Sequence record: SRR20825006_1074
DNA length: 64,000 nt
Direction: 5' to 3' (one strand)
This document shows positions 60,201 to 64,000 of the stretch, piece by piece. The translations under genes were made by a program, and so were the position numbers. The notes under the pieces were generated by a model that saw only the letters and a list, made by a program, of their open reading frames with translations, searched no databases and was not told where the DNA came from. Numbering within the stretch: position 1 is the stretch's first letter; every line of letters begins with the position of its first letter.

Positions 60201-60958
60201 TGCCAGACCTGCCAGCCGCCTTTTTGGGCGCTCCGATCGCTCACCGCGCCCTGCATGATGGCAACATCACCCGCGCCGAAAACAATTTTGCCGCGATTGA
60301 CGCCGCCATCGCGGGCGGGTTTGCCATAGAGATTGACCTGCAACTGTCCGCCGACGGGGTGGCCATGGTGTTTCACGACTATGCCTTGAGCCGGTTGACG
60401 CTGGACGCGGGGGCTTTTGCGCTACGCAAGGCGGATGACCTGGCGAATGTGCGGTTCAAGACCGGGGAAATTGGCATTCCGCCTCTGGCCCGCGTTTTGG
60501 AACATGTCGCCGGGCGGGTGCCGCTTTTGATTGAGGTAAAGGATCAGGACGGGGCGATGGGGCCGAACGTTGGCGCGCTTGAACGCGCCGCCACCGCCGC
60601 CCTATCCACCTATGACGGCCCGGTCGCCTTGATGTCCTTTAACCCGCATTCCGTGGCCGCATTGGCCGAAGTCTGCCCGCATCTGCCGCGCGGCCTGACC
60701 ACCTGTGACTGGACCAATGGTGAAGCCGGTATGATCCCATCGGCGTTGCGTCCAGCCCTGCGCGGAATTGTTGATTTTGACCGGGTGGGGGCGTCTTTCA
60801 TATCGCATCAATGGTCCGACCTGACCGCACCGCGCGTACGTGAACTGAAAACAGCGGGCGCGCATATCCTGTGCTGGACGATCAAATCGCCCGAAGAAGA
60901 GGCGCAAGCCCGGCAGATCGCAGATAATATCACCTTTGAAGGCTATGTTCCGACTTGA
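60200..60958 (+). CDS. glycerophosphodiester phosphodiesterase family protein
   Basis: IAHRALH, EN, IEIDLQ, VFHD, LIEVK. Confidence 0.9.
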   Translation: MPDLPAAFLGAPIAHRALHDGNITRAENNFAAIDAAIAGGFAIEIDLQLSADGVAMVFHDYALSRLTLDAGAFALRKADDLANVRFKTGEIGIPPLARVLEHVAGRVPLLIEVKDQDGAMGPNVGALERAATAALSTYDGPVALMSFNPHSVAALAEVCPHLPRGLTTCDWTNGEAGMIPSALRPALRGIVDFDRVGASFISHQWSDLTAPRVRELKTAGAHILCWTIKSPEEEAQARQIADNITFEGYVPT

Positions 60959-61006
60959 CGCATCGCGGCTAAGCCCCAGTTCTATAGCGATGTTGGAGAG
61001 CCGGGC

Positions 61007-62185
61007 GTGACAGATCAGATCGAGATCAACGTGAGCACGACGATCACTGAGATCGCACGTGAAGATTGGGATGCCTGTGCCAATCCATCGGACGAGCGAC
61101 CCGATGATCCTTTTGTCACCCATCGGTTTCTTTTGGCCCTGGAACGCTCCGGCTCTGTTGGTCCGGGCACGGGGTGGTTTCCGCGTTATCTGATTGCCAA
61201 AGCGGCAGGTGACGTGATCGCCGTGGCACCGATCTATGCCAAGACTCACAGTCAGGGCGAATATGTGTTTGATCACGCCTGGGCGCAGGCCTATGAGCGC
61301 GCCGGTGGCGACTATTATCCCAAACTGCAAATCGCGGTGCCCTTTACCCCGGTCACTGGCCGGCGGCTTTTGACCCGTCCGGGGTTTGAGGAGATCGGCC
61401 AAGCGGCGCTGGTCCAAGGCGCTGTCGAAGTCGCGGCGCAAAACCAACTCTCGTCAGTGCACATCACCTTTTGTACCGAAGGCGAGGTTGAAGCGGGCAA
61501 AGCCATGGGCCTGATGCATCGCACCGGGCAACAGTTTCATTGGGACAATGCCGGATATACCGATTTTGACGCCTTCTTGGACGCGCTGTCCTCGCGCAAG
61601 CGCAAAAACATCCGCAAGGAACGGGCGCAGGCGCAGGGCTTTGGCGGCGAGATTGTGCAACTGACCGGCGACCAGATTGAGCCACACCATTGGGACGCGT
61701 TTTGGACCTTTTATCAGGACACGGGCGCGCGCAAATGGGGCTCACCCTATCTGACCCGCGCCTTTTTTGACCATATACACACCACCATGCGTGACGATGT
61801 TTTGATGGTTTTGGCTCTGGCTCAGGGGCGGCCCATCGCAGGCGCGCTGAATTTCATTGGCAAAGATCGCCTCTATGGTCGCTACTGGGGCTGCACAGAA
61901 CATCACCCCTGCCTGCATTTCGAGATTTGCTATTATCAGGCCATCGACTACGCCATCGCCCATGGCCTGTCGCGGGTCGAGGCGGGGGCGCAGGGCGAAC
62001 ATAAGCTGGCGCGCGGGTATCTCCCCAACACCACCCATTCGCTGCATTGGATAGCTGATCCGGGCTTTGCCCGCGCGGTTGACGATTACCTTGTAGCCGA
62101 ACGAGCCGCGGTAGACGAGGAAACCGAATTTCTCACCTCATACGGTCCATTTAAACGCACAGACAGAGAGGACGATCATGACTGA
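61007..62185 (+). CDS. FemAB-like GNAT protein (DUF482 type)
   Basis: [49 protein letters not shown]. Confidence 0.9.
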   Translation: MTDQIEINVSTTITEIAREDWDACANPSDERPDDPFVTHRFLLALERSGSVGPGTGWFPRYLIAKAAGDVIAVAPIYAKTHSQGEYVFDHAWAQAYERAGGDYYPKLQIAVPFTPVTGRRLLTRPGFEEIGQAALVQGAVEVAAQNQLSSVHITFCTEGEVEAGKAMGLMHRTGQQFHWDNAGYTDFDAFLDALSSRKRKNIRKERAQAQGFGGEIVQLTGDQIEPHHWDAFWTFYQDTGARKWGSPYLTRAFFDHIHTTMRDDVLMVLALAQGRPIAGALNFIGKDRLYGRYWGCTEHHPCLHFEICYYQAIDYAIAHGLSRVEAGAQGEHKLARGYLPNTTHSLHWIADPGFARAVDDYLVAERAAVDEETEFLTSYGPFKRTDREDDHD

Positions 62186-62480
62186 ACTGCTCTCAGACGC
62201 ATCCCGCACCGAGGCCCTTGCGCCGCTTTTGGCCACAGGATGGGCCGAGACCGAAGGCGGCACTGCGATTTCAAAACGCTTCACCTTCGTCAATTTCATC
62301 GAAGCGTTCGGTTTTATGACCCGCGTCGCGTTGATTGCGGAAAAAATGGATCACCACCCGGAATGGACCAATGTCTATCGCTCGGTCGAGGTGATCCTGT
62401 CCACCCATGACGCAGGTGGATTGACCGAGAAAGACATCAAACTCGCAAGAAAAATGGACAAGGTGGCCGCAGATGATTGA
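62178..62480 (+). CDS. phhB: pterin-4-alpha-carbinolamine dehydratase
   Basis: [20 protein letters not shown]. Confidence 0.92.
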   Translation: MTELLSDASRTEALAPLLATGWAETEGGTAISKRFTFVNFIEAFGFMTRVALIAEKMDHHPEWTNVYRSVEVILSTHDAGGLTEKDIKLARKMDKVAADD

Positions 62481-63321
62481 ACAGATTTTGAACTATCCAA
62501 TTTATAATGGACAGACGGTCGGGGACTATCTGTCGCTTGAGTTTCTGCTTGGGGTTGGCGGGTCCATCCTTGGTGCGTTGTTTCTTTTGGCCATTGGTAT
62601 GCTCATTGCCGGATGGGTCGCGCGGCGCATTCGCGGTATCGGGTCCAAGTATCAGAAACTCGACAACACTCTGTTCAATTTCCTCGGAAATATCGCCCGC
62701 TACGTCATTCTGGCCTTTACCGCGCTGATCGTTCTCAACACCTTTGGCGTCCAAACCACCTCCATCGTCGCCGTCATCGGTGCCGCGGGTCTGGCCATTG
62801 GTTTGGCGTTGCAGGGCACCCTGTCGAATGTTGCCGCCGGTGTGATGATCATCCTGTTTCGCCCGTTTAAAATCGGCGATTTTGTTGATGTTGCGGGCAA
62901 AATGGGCACTGTCAAAGACATCTCGCTGAACTTTACTGAACTGGCCGATCTGTCCAACGTTCAGGTCATCGTCCCCAACTCTCAGGTCTGGGGCAACATC
63001 ATCACCAACTTTTCCACCAACCAAACCCGGCGCGCCGAATGGACGTTTGGGGTGGGTTACGGCGCCAATCTCAAAACCGCCGAAGAGGTCATTCGCAAAG
63101 TGATCATGTCCGATCCGCGCTCAATGCCCGAGCCTGAGCCGTTTATTCAGGTCAACAATCTGGGCGATTTCTCGGTCGATTTTCTGGTCCGTGTGTGGGT
63201 GAAATCCAGTGATTTCTTTCAATATCAGGCCGACATGAAACGTCAGGTGAAAGAAGCGCTGGATGAGGCGGGCGTGGACATTCCTTTCCCGACGCGCACT
63301 TTGGTCAACGCCGCCGAATAA
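62473..63321 (+). CDS. mscS: small-conductance mechanosensitive channel
   Basis: [32 protein letters not shown]. Confidence 0.92.
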   Translation: MIEQILNYPIYNGQTVGDYLSLEFLLGVGGSILGALFLLAIGMLIAGWVARRIRGIGSKYQKLDNTLFNFLGNIARYVILAFTALIVLNTFGVQTTSIVAVIGAAGLAIGLALQGTLSNVAAGVMIILFRPFKIGDFVDVAGKMGTVKDISLNFTELADLSNVQVIVPNSQVWGNIITNFSTNQTRRAEWTFGVGYGANLKTAEEVIRKVIMSDPRSMPEPEPFIQVNNLGDFSVDFLVRVWVKSSDFFQYQADMKRQVKEALDEAGVDIPFPTRTLVNAAE

Positions 63322-63324
63322 ATA

Positions 63325-63359
63325 AAACGCCCGGGGAAATGCATCCCCGGGCGTCTTTT
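63325..63359. terminator. bidirectional terminator
   Basis: ACGCCCGGGGA...TCCCCGGGCGT between convergent mscS and peroxiredoxin genes. Confidence 0.78.
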
Positions 63360-63360
63360 G

Positions 63361-63849
63361 TTAGATCGCTTCCAAAAGCGATTCACCGGCCGAAATCGTG
63401 CAATTCCCCGGGCTTTCCTCGACTTGCAGCACTTTCACCACACCGTCTTCTGCATACAGCGCAAAGCGTTTCGAACGTCCGAACAGGCCCGCAGGCGGAG
63501 CGGTGAAATCAAGACCCAATGCCTTGATAAACGTACCCTCTGCATCCCCCAACATTGACAACCCGGCCTCATCCGCGCCGGTGTCCTTGGCCCATGCGCC
63601 CATCACAAACGGGTCGTTCACGGACACACAGATCACCTCATCCACACCCTTGGCCGCGAAGGCGTCTTTGGTGCGGATGAAACTTGGGACATGAGCGGTG
63701 GTGCACACACCCGTATAAGCGCCCGGCAGGCCGAAAAGCACCACGTTGCGGCCTTTGAATTTGGCGGCCAGATCGACGGAGGCCGGTCCTTCTGCCCCCA
63801 ACTCAAGCACGGTTCCGTCTGGAAGCGTGTCTCCAACAGAAATTGTCAT
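63361..63849 (-). CDS. peroxiredoxin (Prx5/Redoxin type)
   Basis: PGAYTGVCTTAH, VNDPFVM, RSKRFA. Confidence 0.93.
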   Translation of the reverse strand: MTISVGDTLPDGTVLELGAEGPASVDLAAKFKGRNVVLFGLPGAYTGVCTTAHVPSFIRTKDAFAAKGVDEVICVSVNDPFVMGAWAKDTGADEAGLSMLGDAEGTFIKALGLDFTAPPAGLFGRSKRFALYAEDGVVKVLQVEESPGNCTISAGESLLEAI

Positions 63850-63938
63850 TCTTGATCCTCTTCGCGTTGTCATTTGATCTCTTCACGATATAGGGTCAGG
63901 GCGTTTTCAGACCAGTCGAAAGCGCAAAAGGAGCACGC

Positions 63939-64000
63939 ATGAGCCATTTTATCGTCGTCGGCGCCGGACAGGCCGGGCAAAGCATCGTCACCACCCTACG
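63939..64000 (+). CDS. FAD-dependent oxidoreductase N-terminus (partial)
   Basis: AAGGAG SD; MSHFIVVGAGQAGQS Rossmann motif; runs off the window. Confidence 0.75.
   Translation, partial: MSHFIVVGAGQAGQSIVTTL

Overview
Core chromosomal region of an alphaproteobacterium. Gene order and protein style point to Rhodobacterales/Roseobacter-type; this is an inference. It holds housekeeping genes (acpS, pdxJ, rsh, rpoZ, folK, ispH, rnhA, fmt, three def paralogs, smc, split mnmC/mnmD, dapA, smpB, amtB-glnK, PBP1A, mlaA/mlaC-like, a type I secretion pair) and a dispersed cobalamin supercluster at about 14.3-39.8 kb (cbiX-cobH-L-I-cbiG/J-M, DUF1636-cobC-cobD, B12 riboswitch-cbiM-like-cobW, cobN, cobO). 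I saw no mobile element, prophage, CRISPR, tRNA or rRNA. Most notable observations: (1) a structured, apparently pseudoknotted leader upstream of the cbiX-cob operon that is not a canonical B12 riboswitch; (2) a CbiX with a duplicated and expanded Cys-motif and His-rich tail in a mixed early/late cobalt-insertion gene set; (3) an smc promoter with two perfect inverted DnaA boxes plus tandem NrdR-like boxes; (4) two small ORFs missed by the ORF track; (5) a catalytically degenerate third peptide deformylase; (6) CtrA-type boxes and candidate sRNAs. All calls are from reading the sequence; no database searches were run.
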